The translations under genes and the position numbers were made by a program. Below, in pieces: positions 11,092 to 21,237 of a DNA stretch of 64,000 nt. The notes beneath the pieces are model-generated. The model did no database searches and had not been told where the DNA came from. It saw only the letters and a list, made by a program, of their open reading frames with translations. How positions within the stretch are numbered: the first letter of the stretch is position 1; every line of letters starts with the position of its first letter. The stretch comes from Thermoanaerobaculia bacterium (GTDB taxonomy: Bacteria; Acidobacteriota; Thermoanaerobaculia; Multivoradales; Multivoraceae): the NCBI GenBank assembly GCA_963666565.1, contig OY762911.1, positions 2,400,001 to 2,464,000 on the forward strand. Reading direction: 5' to 3'.

Positions 11092-11871
11092 ATGGACATC
11101 GAGAGCGCAGCACGCCGCGTCCGCGAGGACGGCTACACCGTCGAACCCGACTTCCTGGGCGAAGAGACTCTGGAGCGCCTGCGCCGCGACCTCGCCCCGG
11201 TCTTCGACGCCATCGGCAGCCGGATGACCGACGACTACGGCCAGCAGACGATCCACACGCACAACCTGCTGGCCAAGACGCGGGCCGTCGACGAACTCCT
11301 CATGGACGACCGCCTCCTGGGCCTGGTGGAGGCGGTGCTCGGCCCGGACTTCCAGGTCTCCGGCGTCGCCGCGATGCGGCCGGGACCGGGCGACCGTCAC
11401 CAGCGGATGCACCAGGACGACGGCCACTATCCGCTTCCGCGCCCGCACGTTCCGCTGATCGCCAATACGCTGGTCGCGCTGGATCCGTTCACGGCGGAGA
11501 ACGGGGCGACCGAGATCGTTCCCGGCAGCCACCGCTCGGCCGATCCGGTCGATCCCGATGTCCCCACCAGGACGGTGGAGATGCCGGCCGGGGCGCTCTT
11601 CCTGTGGGACGGCGCCGTCTGGCACCGCGGCGGCGGCAACTCGACGGAGAGCGGCTACCGCCGCTCCCTCAACTTCAACTTCAACCTGGCATGGCTCAAG
11701 CAGCGGGAGAACCAGTTCGTCGGTGTGCCGTGGGAAGTCGTGGTGGGAATGCCCGAGAAGCTGCAGGCGTTGATCGGTTACAAGCTGACGAACCGCGGCC
11801 TCGGCACGGTGGACTACCGCAATCCCATCGAGACCGTGAAGCGGCGGGTCGCCGGGGCCGGGGGTTCCTGA
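11092..11871 (+). CDS. Phytanoyl-CoA dioxygenase (PhyH) family 2OG-Fe(II) oxygenase
   Basis: HQD, NGATEIVPGSH, WHRGGGN motifs. Confidence 0.88.
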   Translation: MDIESAARRVREDGYTVEPDFLGEETLERLRRDLAPVFDAIGSRMTDDYGQQTIHTHNLLAKTRAVDELLMDDRLLGLVEAVLGPDFQVSGVAAMRPGPGDRHQRMHQDDGHYPLPRPHVPLIANTLVALDPFTAENGATEIVPGSHRSADPVDPDVPTRTVEMPAGALFLWDGAVWHRGGGNSTESGYRRSLNFNFNLAWLKQRENQFVGVPWEVVVGMPEKLQALIGYKLTNRGLGTVDYRNPIETVKRRVAGAGGS

Positions 11872-11923
11872 CGCGACCGCGGACCGCGCCGCGCGAAGAC
11901 GCAAAGACAAGGGGAGAATCCAG

Positions 11924-12391
11924 ATGACGGCAGCATCCGCGGCGGAAACCGGGAACAGCGACGCAAGAGCGCGGTCGGCGGTGGAATCCGCCGTCGACAA
12001 GGCCCACAAGGTGGCGCTTGCCGGAGTCGGCGCGGCGAGCGAGGCGGCCGATGCTGGGGCCAAGGTCTTCGACCGGCTGGTCGCGCGCGGCGAGAAGGTG
12101 GAGAGCCAGGGCCGGGAGTCCCTGAGCGGCTGGCGGGACAAGGCCGAGGAGAAGGTCCAGCAGGTGCGAGCCGCGGCCGGGAAGGGCTTCGTGCAGACCC
12201 GGGCCAAGGCGCAGGCCGGGATCGACGGCGAGCTGGAACGGCGGCTGGAGCGGCTGGGAGTGCTTGGCAAGGCGGACCTGGAGGCCGTGATCGAACGGTT
12301 GAGCGCGATCGAGGCGCGGCTCGAGGCGCTGGAGAAGCCGAAGCCGCCGCGCCGGCGCACGGCCAGGAAGGCGTCACCGAAGGCCGGCTAG
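11924..12391 (+). CDS. Phasin / PHA granule-associated protein (PhaI/PhaF-like)
   Basis: KVALAGVGA, GAKVFDRLVARGEKVE, LERLGV...KADLEA; basic C-terminal tail. Confidence 0.75.
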   Translation: MTAASAAETGNSDARARSAVESAVDKAHKVALAGVGAASEAADAGAKVFDRLVARGEKVESQGRESLSGWRDKAEEKVQQVRAAAGKGFVQTRAKAQAGIDGELERRLERLGVLGKADLEAVIERLSAIEARLEALEKPKPPRRRTARKASPKAG

Positions 12392-12466
12392 CGCGGCAGA
12401 AGGCCCGGAAGCCGGCGCTTCGCGCCGGATGCCGGCGCACCCGGTTGCTGCCGCGCAGGCTCCTGG

Positions 12467-15379
12467 TTAGGCCGAGCGTCGGCGTCTCGCTCGTCGTTCC
12501 GTCCTGACGGCGCGCAGGCACTCGCGCACCGTAGCTGGCCGGGCGCCCTCTCGAATGCGCTCGTCCGCCAGTTCGAAGGCCATCCGCCACTGTCGCCGCA
12601 GGATCGTGTGGGCGGCGAAGAAGCCGTAGCGGGGGTCGTACATGTGGGTCGCCTCCGATGTCACGCCGTTCACTTCCAGCACTCGGAGACCTTCGCCGCA
12701 CTGGAGCGCCTCGGCGCTCGGGACACGCACGTCGAAGCGGCCGAAGTCGAAGCCGTCGTACGTGGCGCAGATCGCGTTCATAGCCCGTTCCAGTTCGGGC
12801 GTGTGCAGCTCGTTCGCGTCGAGGAAGATCGTCCCGCGGGAGTGCGCGCCGACTTCGGTCAGCTCGACTTCTTCGCCGCCGGCGGGGACGCGCGTCGCCG
12901 CCTCGGGGTGTTCCCGCCGGTAGGTGTGCGCGATGGCGACCGCGCGCGGGTCGTCCAGGATCAACCGTTCGAGGGTGCTGGTTCCGTCGCCGGTCACGAT
13001 CGGCCGGACCTTGTGCGCGATCGAGAAGACGTGCCCGTCGCGTCGGCCCGGATGGCGGGCCCAGAACACGCCGTACTCCTCGCCGTCGACGTACTCCTGC
13101 GCGAGCGCGGCCCCGGGGGTCGCCTCGAAGAACGCCGCCGCGTCCGCCTCGGAGCGCGCGACGGCGACGCCGCGGCCGCGCTCGCCGGTGTTCGGCTTGA
13201 GCACGACCGGCCAGTCCAGTTTCTCCTCTTCCAGGAGTCGCCGCAGCACCGCCACGCGTTCCTCGGGGCCGCCCGGCGGCAGCCGCCGCCACGCCGGCAG
13301 CGCCTCGCCGATGCCGGCCAGCCCTTCCAGGATGTCGCTCTTGGACTCGCCCACCAGGCCGCCGAGCGGCATGGCGGGGTTGATCGCGGTGAACGCCGTC
13401 AGGCTGCCGCGCCGCAGGCCCTGCCAGAGGATGTAGAGCGCGAGCGGCGGGTAGAACGCCCACATCGGCCAGAACTCCCAGCGGCGGACCCGCAGCACCC
13501 GGCCGCGCCAAGCCCGGCGGCCCCGCCAGGTGAACAGCGGTACGACGACGGTGCGGACGGCGACGATCGCGAGCGCCAGCGCCAGCACGGCGCCGGGAAG
13601 GCCGCCCGGCAGGCGGCCGCCGAAGCGCTCGACCGCCTCGCGCCCGACGAGCGCGTTGACGCCGACGAACAGGGGAGTCCAGATCGCCGCGGCGACGGCG
13701 AAACAGAAGGTGAACTTGAGCAGGCTGGTGCGGAGGATGCCGGCGGCGAGGCACGTCGCCAGGCGCGTTCCGGGCAGGAAGCGGCTGACCAGGACGACGA
13801 CCAGCGCCCGCCGCCGCAGCCACGCGGACGCCTCCTCGACCGCGGCCTCCTTGACCCACCACCTGAAGGGCGGAATGCGCAGTGCCGGCCGTCCCAGGAC
13901 GCGGGCGAGCCAGGCGATGAACACATCGCCGCTCAGCAGGCCGACGTAGCAGGCGGCGACGGCGACGGTGAAGTCGAGGCGGCCCTGGGCCACGAGCAGG
14001 CCGGCCGTGACGCAGGTCAGATCCTCGGTGACGTACGCCGCGAACACGAGGAGCAGGAAGACGATCAGCAACGCGGGCCCGACAAACGGCGGCAGGTCCA
14101 TGTCGTCGAACGGCAGCGCGGCGCGCGGCCGGCGTTCCGGCTCGGCGTCGCCGCGGCGGACGGCGGTTCCGTTCTCGACCCGGCTCAGGAAGTCGTCGAT
14201 GCGAGCGGCGAGGTCGGGCCTCGGAGGTTCGTTCCCCGCGTCCCGCGTCGAGTATGCGGTTTCGCCGCCGCCGAAGATGAAGAAGTGGCTGTCCGGCCGC
14301 ATCCACAACTCGCTGTGGGGCACGATCCGGTGGTGCTCGAGCGCCGCCGCCGCCGGCACCAGCGGATCCCGCTCCCCGTGGATGATGAACACGGGCGCTT
14401 CGAGCGCCTCCAGGATGCCGCGCAAGGGCCGCTGGTCCGTGTCGTAGAAGTTGCGGGCGTAGGAGCGGGCGGAAGAGCTGTCGAACAGGCCGAAGTGGGG
14501 AACCAGGTTCCGCATCGTCCAGAGCAGGCCGAGCTGCAGTCCATGCAGGGCGTGGTTCACCGTGTAGTCCCCGAGCAGTTCGAGCTCCTGCACGCCGACC
14601 GACGACACCAGGACGACGGATGCGACTCGGTCGGGCGCGTGGTCCACGAGATGCAGGGCGACCGCGCCGCCCATGCTGAAACCGAGGACGTGGAACCGGT
14701 CGACGGCCAGCCGGTCGAGCAGCTTCAGCGTCGAGTCCGCGTGGCCGCGGGCCGAGTAGTCGGCGACCCCGCGCTCCGAGGCGCCGAAACCCGGCAGGTC
14801 GGGCGCGATGGTCCGCCGTTCGCGGTCAGGGACTCTGAGGTAGAGGCGAACGTCGCTTCGTCGTTCGTCGGCGTCGTCCGGCTGGAGTCGCTGTGCCGCC
14901 AGGGACTCGAGCCGGCGGCTCATGGGCGATCCCTCGAAGACGATCGCGTCGCCGGGGGATCGGCCGTCGACCCGCGCGTCGGGCGCCGCGGGACGTGGGT
15001 CTCGTCCGGCGCCGCTGTCCGCCTGACCGCTCTGGAGCTCGTTGCCAGCCTGCTCGACGAATGCTCGAAGCGTCCAGGCGGCCTGTAGCCGGTTGAAGTT
15101 GTCGGCGGTGCCGGGAGAACCGTGGAGCAACACGAGCGGCAACCTGGCCTCCTCGGTTCCCTGCGTCTCCTTCCACGCGATGCGGAGCGTGCCGTCTCCG
15201 CTCGGCGTCGGGATCTCCATCGTTTGCCGGTTGGGCGGAAGCGGGGCCTCGGGCGCGGCGATCCGCGCCGCCGTCGAGACGACGAGCGCGGAGGCGTAGA
15301 CGGCGAGCAGGACGCGCAGCCAGCGGCGGCCGTGGGACGCGGCCGGTTGGAGCGGTTCCGAAGCGGCCCGTTCAGCCAC
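12467..15379 (-). CDS. Fusion of alpha/beta hydrolase, DedA/VTT and ATP-grasp domains
   Basis: LLHGSPG and GFSMGG; SRFLPGTR (DedA); WEFWP, VLKPNTGERGRGV, GRFDVR, LEVNG (ATP-grasp). Confidence 0.8.
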   Translation of the reverse strand: MAERAASEPLQPAASHGRRWLRVLLAVYASALVVSTAARIAAPEAPLPPNRQTMEIPTPSGDGTLRIAWKETQGTEEARLPLVLLHGSPGTADNFNRLQAAWTLRAFVEQAGNELQSGQADSGAGRDPRPAAPDARVDGRSPGDAIVFEGSPMSRRLESLAAQRLQPDDADERRSDVRLYLRVPDRERRTIAPDLPGFGASERGVADYSARGHADSTLKLLDRLAVDRFHVLGFSMGGAVALHLVDHAPDRVASVVLVSSVGVQELELLGDYTVNHALHGLQLGLLWTMRNLVPHFGLFDSSSARSYARNFYDTDQRPLRGILEALEAPVFIIHGERDPLVPAAAALEHHRIVPHSELWMRPDSHFFIFGGGETAYSTRDAGNEPPRPDLAARIDDFLSRVENGTAVRRGDAEPERRPRAALPFDDMDLPPFVGPALLIVFLLLVFAAYVTEDLTCVTAGLLVAQGRLDFTVAVAACYVGLLSGDVFIAWLARVLGRPALRIPPFRWWVKEAAVEEASAWLRRRALVVVLVSRFLPGTRLATCLAAGILRTSLLKFTFCFAVAAAIWTPLFVGVNALVGREAVERFGGRLPGGLPGAVLALALAIVAVRTVVVPLFTWRGRRAWRGRVLRVRRWEFWPMWAFYPPLALYILWQGLRRGSLTAFTAINPAMPLGGLVGESKSDILEGLAGIGEALPAWRRLPPGGPEERVAVLRRLLEEEKLDWPVVLKPNTGERGRGVAVARSEADAAAFFEATPGAALAQEYVDGEEYGVFWARHPGRRDGHVFSIAHKVRPIVTGDGTSTLERLILDDPRAVAIAHTYRREHPEAATRVPAGGEEVELTEVGAHSRGTIFLDANELHTPELERAMNAICATYDGFDFGRFDVRVPSAEALQCGEGLRVLEVNGVTSEATHMYDPRYGFFAAHTILRRQWRMAFELADERIREGARPATVRECLRAVRTERRARRRRSA

Positions 15380-15478
15380 CGACGCCCTCGACGGTTCGGG
15401 CGGGCGGGCCGGTTGCCGGCCGTGCGACGTCGCCCGCCGCGGGTCCGCTGCGCGATGGCTGCCGCATCGTTCCGGGGA

Positions 15479-16324
15479 TCAGTCGCGCGGGATCTCGGCG
15501 CGGCCGTACGCGTCGCCGACGGCCGCAAGTTCTTCGCTCGTCACCATAGGCCGGAAGGCGTCCGTCATCCGCTCGTGCAGGCGCCGGGCGAGGTCCTTAC
15601 GGTCGGCGCCGCGGAGCGGTTCGCTCCCGAAGGCGATCTCGGCGTCGATGCGGCGAAGTTGGAGCAGTTCGGGGGCGTGGGGCGTCAGCGCCATGTTGCC
15701 CCACCAGGCGATGCTGAGGAAGGCGGGCCGTTCGTCCTCCGGCGTCTCGTACCGGAGCACGGCCCAGTCGACCGGGACGCCGGCTGCGGCGGCCGGCGCC
15801 AGCAGCGACGGCTTGAGCGTCGCCACGGCGTCGCCGGGCGTCGACGTGCCCTCGGGGAACAGGATCACGGAGTCGCCGCCCGCGAGCGCCTCGGCGATCT
15901 GGCTTCCTACCCGGGTCACATCGCGGCGTCGGCCCCGGTCGACGAAGATGATGTCCACGGTACGGCACATCGCGCCGGCCAGCGGCCAGTCCCGGATCTC
16001 CGCCTTCGAGACGAAGCGCCCCGGAGCGAACGCGGAGAGCAGGAGAATGTCGACGTAGGAGAGGTGGTTCGAGACCAGCAGGAACGGCCCGCTCGGCGGT
16101 GCGCCGCGCACCGTCGCCCGGCAGCCGAGGATGGCGAGACTGGCGCGGCCCCAGCGCCGCAGTACCGCGCGCCGGAACCTCCGCCAGGCCCCGGGCGATC
16201 GGCGGAGCAGGAAGGGACGGAGGATCAGCAGGGGGAACCAGGCGGCCAGCGCCGCCAGCAGCAGCGCCGTTGCCCGCCAGATCATCCGGCCGAGCCGGAC
16301 GGTCCTGCTGCCTCGAGGCGTCAT
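15479..16324 (-). CDS. Lysophospholipid acyltransferase (PlsC/OlsA-like)
   Basis: NHLSYVD and FPEGT motifs. Confidence 0.9.
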   Translation of the reverse strand: MTPRGSRTVRLGRMIWRATALLLAALAAWFPLLILRPFLLRRSPGAWRRFRRAVLRRWGRASLAILGCRATVRGAPPSGPFLLVSNHLSYVDILLLSAFAPGRFVSKAEIRDWPLAGAMCRTVDIIFVDRGRRRDVTRVGSQIAEALAGGDSVILFPEGTSTPGDAVATLKPSLLAPAAAAGVPVDWAVLRYETPEDERPAFLSIAWWGNMALTPHAPELLQLRRIDAEIAFGSEPLRGADRKDLARRLHERMTDAFRPMVTSEELAAVGDAYGRAEIPRD

Positions 16325-17352
16325 CCTCGGCGCGGCGCCGCGGCCTCGCTCACGGCTGCCGCCGTCCGGTTCGCGTCCGCGGGCTTCGTGGCCTTGCCTG
16401 CCGGCACCGCCGCTTCGTCAGCCGGCCCGGCCGTTCGCGCCGGCGGTTCGTGCGCCGTCGCTCCGTCGTCCAGGCCGAAGATCAACCGGGTCCTGCGGCT
16501 GAGAGTGGCCGTGTCCATCAGCACCAGGTAGTCGATCGTCTTGAAGTCGCGGTCGATCGCCGGCTGGCTGCAGACGAGGGCGCCGTAGCGGAGGTAGGTC
16601 GCGAACAGCGGCGGAATTTCTACCTTGGGACCGCCGTAGGCCAGATCCGACCCGCACTGGGTGCGCGGGTCTTCCGACCCGCTGCCGCCGAAGGCGGCCT
16701 CCGGCTCTGGCGGCACCTCGCAGCGGGCGTGCTCAAGGACCGGCACGTCGAGATCCGGGCGGACCTTGCCAGCCTCGACGAGTTGCCGGTAGAGGCGGAC
16801 GCCCGCCGCTTGGTCCTGGCTGGTCAGCGAGCAGCAGCCGAACAGATAGCGGAGCCGGTTGTGGACCACGTAGCGGGCCAGGCCCTGCCAGAGCAGGAAG
16901 AGGACCGTCCGCTTCCGGTGCCGGCGATGGATGCAGGCGCGGCCGATCTCGACCGACCGGTCGAGTACGCCGCGCGGCAGGGCGTCCAGGTCGTACTCGA
17001 TGGCCGAGTAGAAGCCGGCGCCGCGCACCGCCATCGCGGCCGTCTGCATCCGGTAGGTGCCGATCGTCGTGCCGTCCGTCCGCTCGACCAGCATGTGGTG
17101 GCAGCTTGCGTCGAACTCGTCCGTGTCGCGGCCGGCTTCCCAGGACTCGTCAAGTCCCTCGCCCAGCTCGCGATTGAAGACCTCGAAGCGGAGCTGGAGC
17201 AGCCGGTCGATGTCGGCGGCGGTGCGGGCGAAGCGGAGCCGGTAGCTGCCGGCCTGGATCCGGCCTTCGGGCAGGCACTCGGGGCTGGGGATGGCGTGGC
17301 CGCTCAGACCGGCTGCCGCCGCGTTGTCGCGCACTGGCTCAGTCATTGCCAC
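16321..17352 (-). CDS. GNAT N-acyltransferase (OlsB-like)
   Basis: LRFEVFNREL, DEFD, GTYRM, EIGRACI, LFGCCS, IPPLFATYLRYGA, DRDF. Confidence 0.85.
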   Translation of the reverse strand: MAMTEPVRDNAAAAGLSGHAIPSPECLPEGRIQAGSYRLRFARTAADIDRLLQLRFEVFNRELGEGLDESWEAGRDTDEFDASCHHMLVERTDGTTIGTYRMQTAAMAVRGAGFYSAIEYDLDALPRGVLDRSVEIGRACIHRRHRKRTVLFLLWQGLARYVVHNRLRYLFGCCSLTSQDQAAGVRLYRQLVEAGKVRPDLDVPVLEHARCEVPPEPEAAFGGSGSEDPRTQCGSDLAYGGPKVEIPPLFATYLRYGALVCSQPAIDRDFKTIDYLVLMDTATLSRRTRLIFGLDDGATAHEPPARTAGPADEAAVPAGKATKPADANRTAAAVSEAAAPRRG

Positions 17353-18301
17353 TCGCAGCCGTGGACGGATTCGCTGGATTGGAGACGATGAAGGATGGGG
17401 ACGTGGCGCGTGTCGGCTTGATGAGGAACGTCCGCAGGAAGAGGCGATTGTCGCGTCGCCTCAGGTTTCCCCACACTTCGATCGGTTCGCCCACCCACTC
17501 GAGAACCTCGTGTCCCAAGGGTTGCCCCTGCAGATTCAGTAGATGAACCAGGCTTCGCTCACCGCTTTCCGTCCCCACCAGGAGCGCGGCCGGAATGCCG
17601 CCGCGGATGCAGAGCGAGGCGCAGTCCCGGTGGGGCTTGCCGCGGCCCGGCTTCATGGCGCCGAGATAGCACTTCGTGTCGACGATTTCACCCACAAGCC
17701 TGTGTCCGCTCATGCGAATGACGTTGGTTGCCGCGCCGGGCAGGGGATTCGCTTCGGACCCGGCACCGACGTTCTCGTCGTCGAGGGGCGGCGCCCAGGT
17801 CGCCGGGCCGGCCGGAGCATCCGGCTCGACGGCGGGTCCAGGTTCGGCGGCTCCTTCGGGAAGCTCAAGGGAATGCACTTCGAGCATGGCCGCTTCCGGG
17901 TTCCGGATCGACGTGCCTGAGAGCGCGGTCTCTCTGGACGGCGACGGCGTCCAGGGCGGGCTGGACTCGCTCCGGACGTCGAGTCCGTGCTTGCCGGTGC
18001 CGACCAGCAGATAGCCCTCGGCCGGTCCGTCCGCCGTGATCAGCCGGGGATGGGGATCGACGAGCAGTTCGCCTTCGTAGTCCCGTACGGTTCCGTACTC
18101 GAACACGCCCTCGTCGAACCGCTCCAGTAGCAGGGCCAAGCCGAGGCCGACCGCCGCCGCCAGGACCACTAGGCCGACGGCCGGCCGGCGTACGAACCGG
18201 CGGATGCCAGGGGCCGTCTCGTCGACGTAGCCGACGTAGAAGTCGTGTGGCGCGTTTCGCGCCACACGCGACCCGGTCCGTGTGCGAGTCAGCGAGCGCA
18301 C
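17339..18301 (-). CDS. Hypothetical membrane-anchored protein with a Cys/His cluster
   Basis: One TM segment; DTKCYLGAMKPG...HRDCASLCIRGGIP; start uncertain. Confidence 0.65.
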   Translation of the reverse strand: MRSLTRTRTGSRVARNAPHDFYVGYVDETAPGIRRFVRRPAVGLVVLAAAVGLGLALLLERFDEGVFEYGTVRDYEGELLVDPHPRLITADGPAEGYLLVGTGKHGLDVRSESSPPWTPSPSRETALSGTSIRNPEAAMLEVHSLELPEGAAEPGPAVEPDAPAGPATWAPPLDDENVGAGSEANPLPGAATNVIRMSGHRLVGEIVDTKCYLGAMKPGRGKPHRDCASLCIRGGIPAALLVGTESGERSLVHLLNLQGQPLGHEVLEWVGEPIEVWGNLRRRDNRLFLRTFLIKPTRATSPSFIVSNPANPSTAASGND

Positions 18302-18329
18302 GGATCACACTCGTCCTGGCGGCCGCCAG

Positions 18330-19394
18330 TCACGAAGGCTCCTCGGCGGCGGCGGCGGCGGCGGCGGCGGCGTCGACGCGGGCCGGCTCGGCGGGGGTTC
18401 CCGGCGGATTGGGCCGCGGATCGACCAGCACCCGGCCGTCCGCGACGCGTACGTTGAAGGTTGGAATCGTCTCGGTGAAGGGCGGCGGCGAGCAGCCGTC
18501 CTCGGGACGGTACTGGTAGCCGTGCCACGGGCAGGTGATGCAGCCGTCGATGACCCGGCCTTCCCCCAGCGGGCCGTTCTGGTGCTGGCAGACGTTGGAG
18601 ACGGCCGCGATCCTCTCGCTGTCCTCGGTCCGGTAGCGGAAGACGGCCACGCGTTCGCCGCCCAGCACGAAGATGCGGGCGCGGTCGAGCGGGATGTCCG
18701 CGGCCGCGCAGACGAAGACGGCGGCGGCCTCCGGGGCGCGTTCGCGCCAGCCGGCCAGGAGGTGCAACGAGGAGATGCCGGCGAAGCCGATGCCCAGCAG
18801 AACGGCGAGCGCCGGCGGTCGCTCCGGGGCCTGCAGGCTGCCCAGCGCAACGTGCACGAGGATCAGTCCGTACGCGACGTAGACCAGCATGTGGAGCGAC
18901 TTCCAGACCGGCGCAGTGAGGTTCGCCAACCAGAAGTCGTGCGAGGTCGCCGCCATCAGGAACAGGATGACCAGCGCCGCGAGGCCGAGCGCCTGGAAGG
19001 GAAACTGCGACAGGCTGTCGTAGTTCCCGTTGCTCGCCAGCACGCTGACCAGGGGGTTCAGGACCCCGAGGCCGTGGAACTGGACGATCGCGAAGCCGCC
19101 GTGCGCGAGCGCCAGCAGGAACGTGCAGACGCCGAGGTGGCGGCGGTTGTAGAGCAAGGGAAGGAAGCGCCGGTCCAGCCGGCAGAGCGGTCCGATGGCG
19201 AGTACGACGTGGAGCAGCAACAGGGCGGCCGCGCCAAAGCCGCGGATCAGCAGCGTCTCGATCGTCGCCTGGGGCCGGGTCGCCATCCCGACGGCGACGA
19301 AGAGGCCGAGGAACGCCAGGACGCCGGCCGCGACCGTCAGGTCGTACAGCTTCTTGTTGCGGTTCCAGAGGACCGCCTGGTAGCCGGCGCTCAT
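18330..19394 (-). CDS. Ferric reductase-like (MsrQ-type) transmembrane domain fused to a Rieske [2Fe-2S] domain
   Basis: NRRHLGV, AATSHD, WKSLH..VY; Rieske motifs CQHQ and CPWHG. Confidence 0.88.
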   Translation of the reverse strand: MSAGYQAVLWNRNKKLYDLTVAAGVLAFLGLFVAVGMATRPQATIETLLIRGFGAAALLLLHVVLAIGPLCRLDRRFLPLLYNRRHLGVCTFLLALAHGGFAIVQFHGLGVLNPLVSVLASNGNYDSLSQFPFQALGLAALVILFLMAATSHDFWLANLTAPVWKSLHMLVYVAYGLILVHVALGSLQAPERPPALAVLLGIGFAGISSLHLLAGWRERAPEAAAVFVCAAADIPLDRARIFVLGGERVAVFRYRTEDSERIAAVSNVCQHQNGPLGEGRVIDGCITCPWHGYQYRPEDGCSPPPFTETIPTFNVRVADGRVLVDPRPNPPGTPAEPARVDAAAAAAAAAEEPS

Positions 19395-19654
19395 GGATCG
19401 GCGCGTTCCTGGCCGGTTTCGGCGTCTCTGGCGGCGTCTGAAGGGGGCGGTGCTCCGGACCCTCGCGCTTCGTTCCGCGGCGGCTGATCGTCGGGATCGT
19501 TGGCCGGCGTCTCCGCGGCTCTGCGTGGCTCGGGCAACTCGTCCATGAGCGGCGGCTCGGGCCTGGACAGCAGGGCGAGCGCCAGCAGGATCGCCACGAT
19601 CGGAGACAGCACCGCCCACGCGAGGCGGTGGCGGCGCCGCAGACGGCGGATCAC
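19391..19654 (-). CDS. Small membrane protein
   Basis: GTG start, LRRRHRLAW plus one TM; overlaps both neighbours by 4 bp. Confidence 0.6.
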   Translation of the reverse strand: MIRRLRRRHRLAWAVLSPIVAILLALALLSRPEPPLMDELPEPRRAAETPANDPDDQPPRNEARGSGAPPPSDAARDAETGQERADP

Positions 19655-19929
19655 CCGGAACTCCGTTCGGCGCCGCCGCCGGCCGCGTCGCGATGCGCGT
19701 TGCGCTCCACCGGCGGCGGGCGGCCGGCGATCCACCGCCGCAGCAGCACGGGCCACAACGCCGCGACGCCGGGAAGAACGATCAGCCGGAAGCCCCATCC
19801 GGCCGATCGCGCGGCGGGATCGACCCGGCCGGCGCCGCGCCAGACGAAGAAGAGCGAGAAGGCCAGCCCGCAGGCGATGTACACGGTGCAGAGCAGCACG
19901 ACGACCTCGGCGGCGCGCACGATGGACAT
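19651..19929 (-). CDS. Small membrane protein
   Basis: Two TM segments; VDPAARSAGWGFRLIVLPG...WPVLLRRW; first gene of the operon. Confidence 0.7.
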   Translation of the reverse strand: MSIVRAAEVVVLLCTVYIACGLAFSLFFVWRGAGRVDPAARSAGWGFRLIVLPGVAALWPVLLRRWIAGRPPPVERNAHRDAAGGGAERSSG

Positions 19930-20065
19930 CGCCGCGAGTATACGCGGGCATCGCGCCGGGTCGTCGTCGCGGACTGGGTGCGCGGGTCTTCCGACCCGCT
20001 CTGCCGTAGACTCCGCATCCGTGCGCATCTCCGACGATGTACGACTGGACCCCGAGGACGACGAC

Positions 20066-21232
20066 ATGCCCAGACCGATTCACGCTACGGCGACGACGCG
20101 CGAAGGAGCGCCGGGTTTGCCGCTGCTTCGCTGCGACTGGATCGCCGCACTCGCCACCCTGACGTTGGCCTTCGCGCTGCCGGCGGCCGGCCAGGACGCG
20201 GAGAACATGACCGTCGAGGCCTACGAGCCGCGCTCGACGCTCAAGGTGCCGGGCGGCCCGGTGACGCGCGCGAAGTTCCCCTTCGTCGACGCTCACGGCC
20301 ACATGCGCGGCAGCGACCCGGCCCGGGTCGACCGGATGGTCCAGGTCATGGACGAGCTGAACATGGCCGTGTTCGTCAACCTGAGCGGCGGCTCGGGCGA
20401 GCGTCTCAAGGCGAACATCGCGGCGACGAACGGCCGGTATCCGGGACGGTTCGTCGTCTACGCGAACGTCGACTTTTCGGGCATCGGCCAACCCGGCTGG
20501 GGTAAGAAGGCGGCGGCGCAGCTCGAAGCCGACGTTGCGGCCGGCGCGCAGGGCCTCAAGATCTACAAGAACCTCAGCATGTTCCAGACCGACAGCGCGG
20601 GGAAGAGGGTGGCGGCGGACGACCCACGGATCGCGCCGGTGTGGGAGAAGGCGGGCGAACTGGGAATTCCGGTGCTCATTCACGTCGGCGAACCGTCGGC
20701 GTTCTGGGACCCGTGGGACGAGCGCAACGAGCGCTGGCTCGAACTCAAGATGTTCCCGAACCGCCGCCGCGACGACCCCAAGCGCTTCGCATCGTTCGAG
20801 CAGACGATGGGCGAGCAGCACAACCTGTTCCGCAACCACCCGAACACGACGTTCATCAACGCCCACCTCGGCTGGTTCGGCAACGACCTGGCGCGGCTGG
20901 GCAAACTGCTCGACGAGCTGCCGAACGTCTACACCGAACTCGGCGCCGTCCTCGCCGAACTGGGCCGGCAGCCGATCACGGGCGCCGCCTTCCTGGAGAA
21001 GTACCAGGACCGCGTCCTGATGGGGAAGGACTCATGGGATCCGATCGAGGGCTACCACGTCTACTTCCGGGTGCTCGAGACGCGGGACGAGTACTTCGAC
21101 TACTACCGCAAGCGCCACGCCCACTGGAAGATGTACGGGCTCGGCGTGTCCGACGAGGCGCTCGAGAAGATCTACTTCCGCAACGCGCTGAAGATCATCC
21201 CCGGCCTCGACCGGAGCCTCTTCCCGGAGTAG
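20066..21232 (+). CDS. Secreted amidohydrolase (amidohydro_2 family)
   Basis: DAHGH, GLK, PVLIH, NAH, DRVLMGKD. Confidence 0.88.
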   Translation: MPRPIHATATTREGAPGLPLLRCDWIAALATLTLAFALPAAGQDAENMTVEAYEPRSTLKVPGGPVTRAKFPFVDAHGHMRGSDPARVDRMVQVMDELNMAVFVNLSGGSGERLKANIAATNGRYPGRFVVYANVDFSGIGQPGWGKKAAAQLEADVAAGAQGLKIYKNLSMFQTDSAGKRVAADDPRIAPVWEKAGELGIPVLIHVGEPSAFWDPWDERNERWLELKMFPNRRRDDPKRFASFEQTMGEQHNLFRNHPNTTFINAHLGWFGNDLARLGKLLDELPNVYTELGAVLAELGRQPITGAAFLEKYQDRVLMGKDSWDPIEGYHVYFRVLETRDEYFDYYRKRHAHWKMYGLGVSDEALEKIYFRNALKIIPGLDRSLFPE

Positions 21233-21237
21233 CAACT

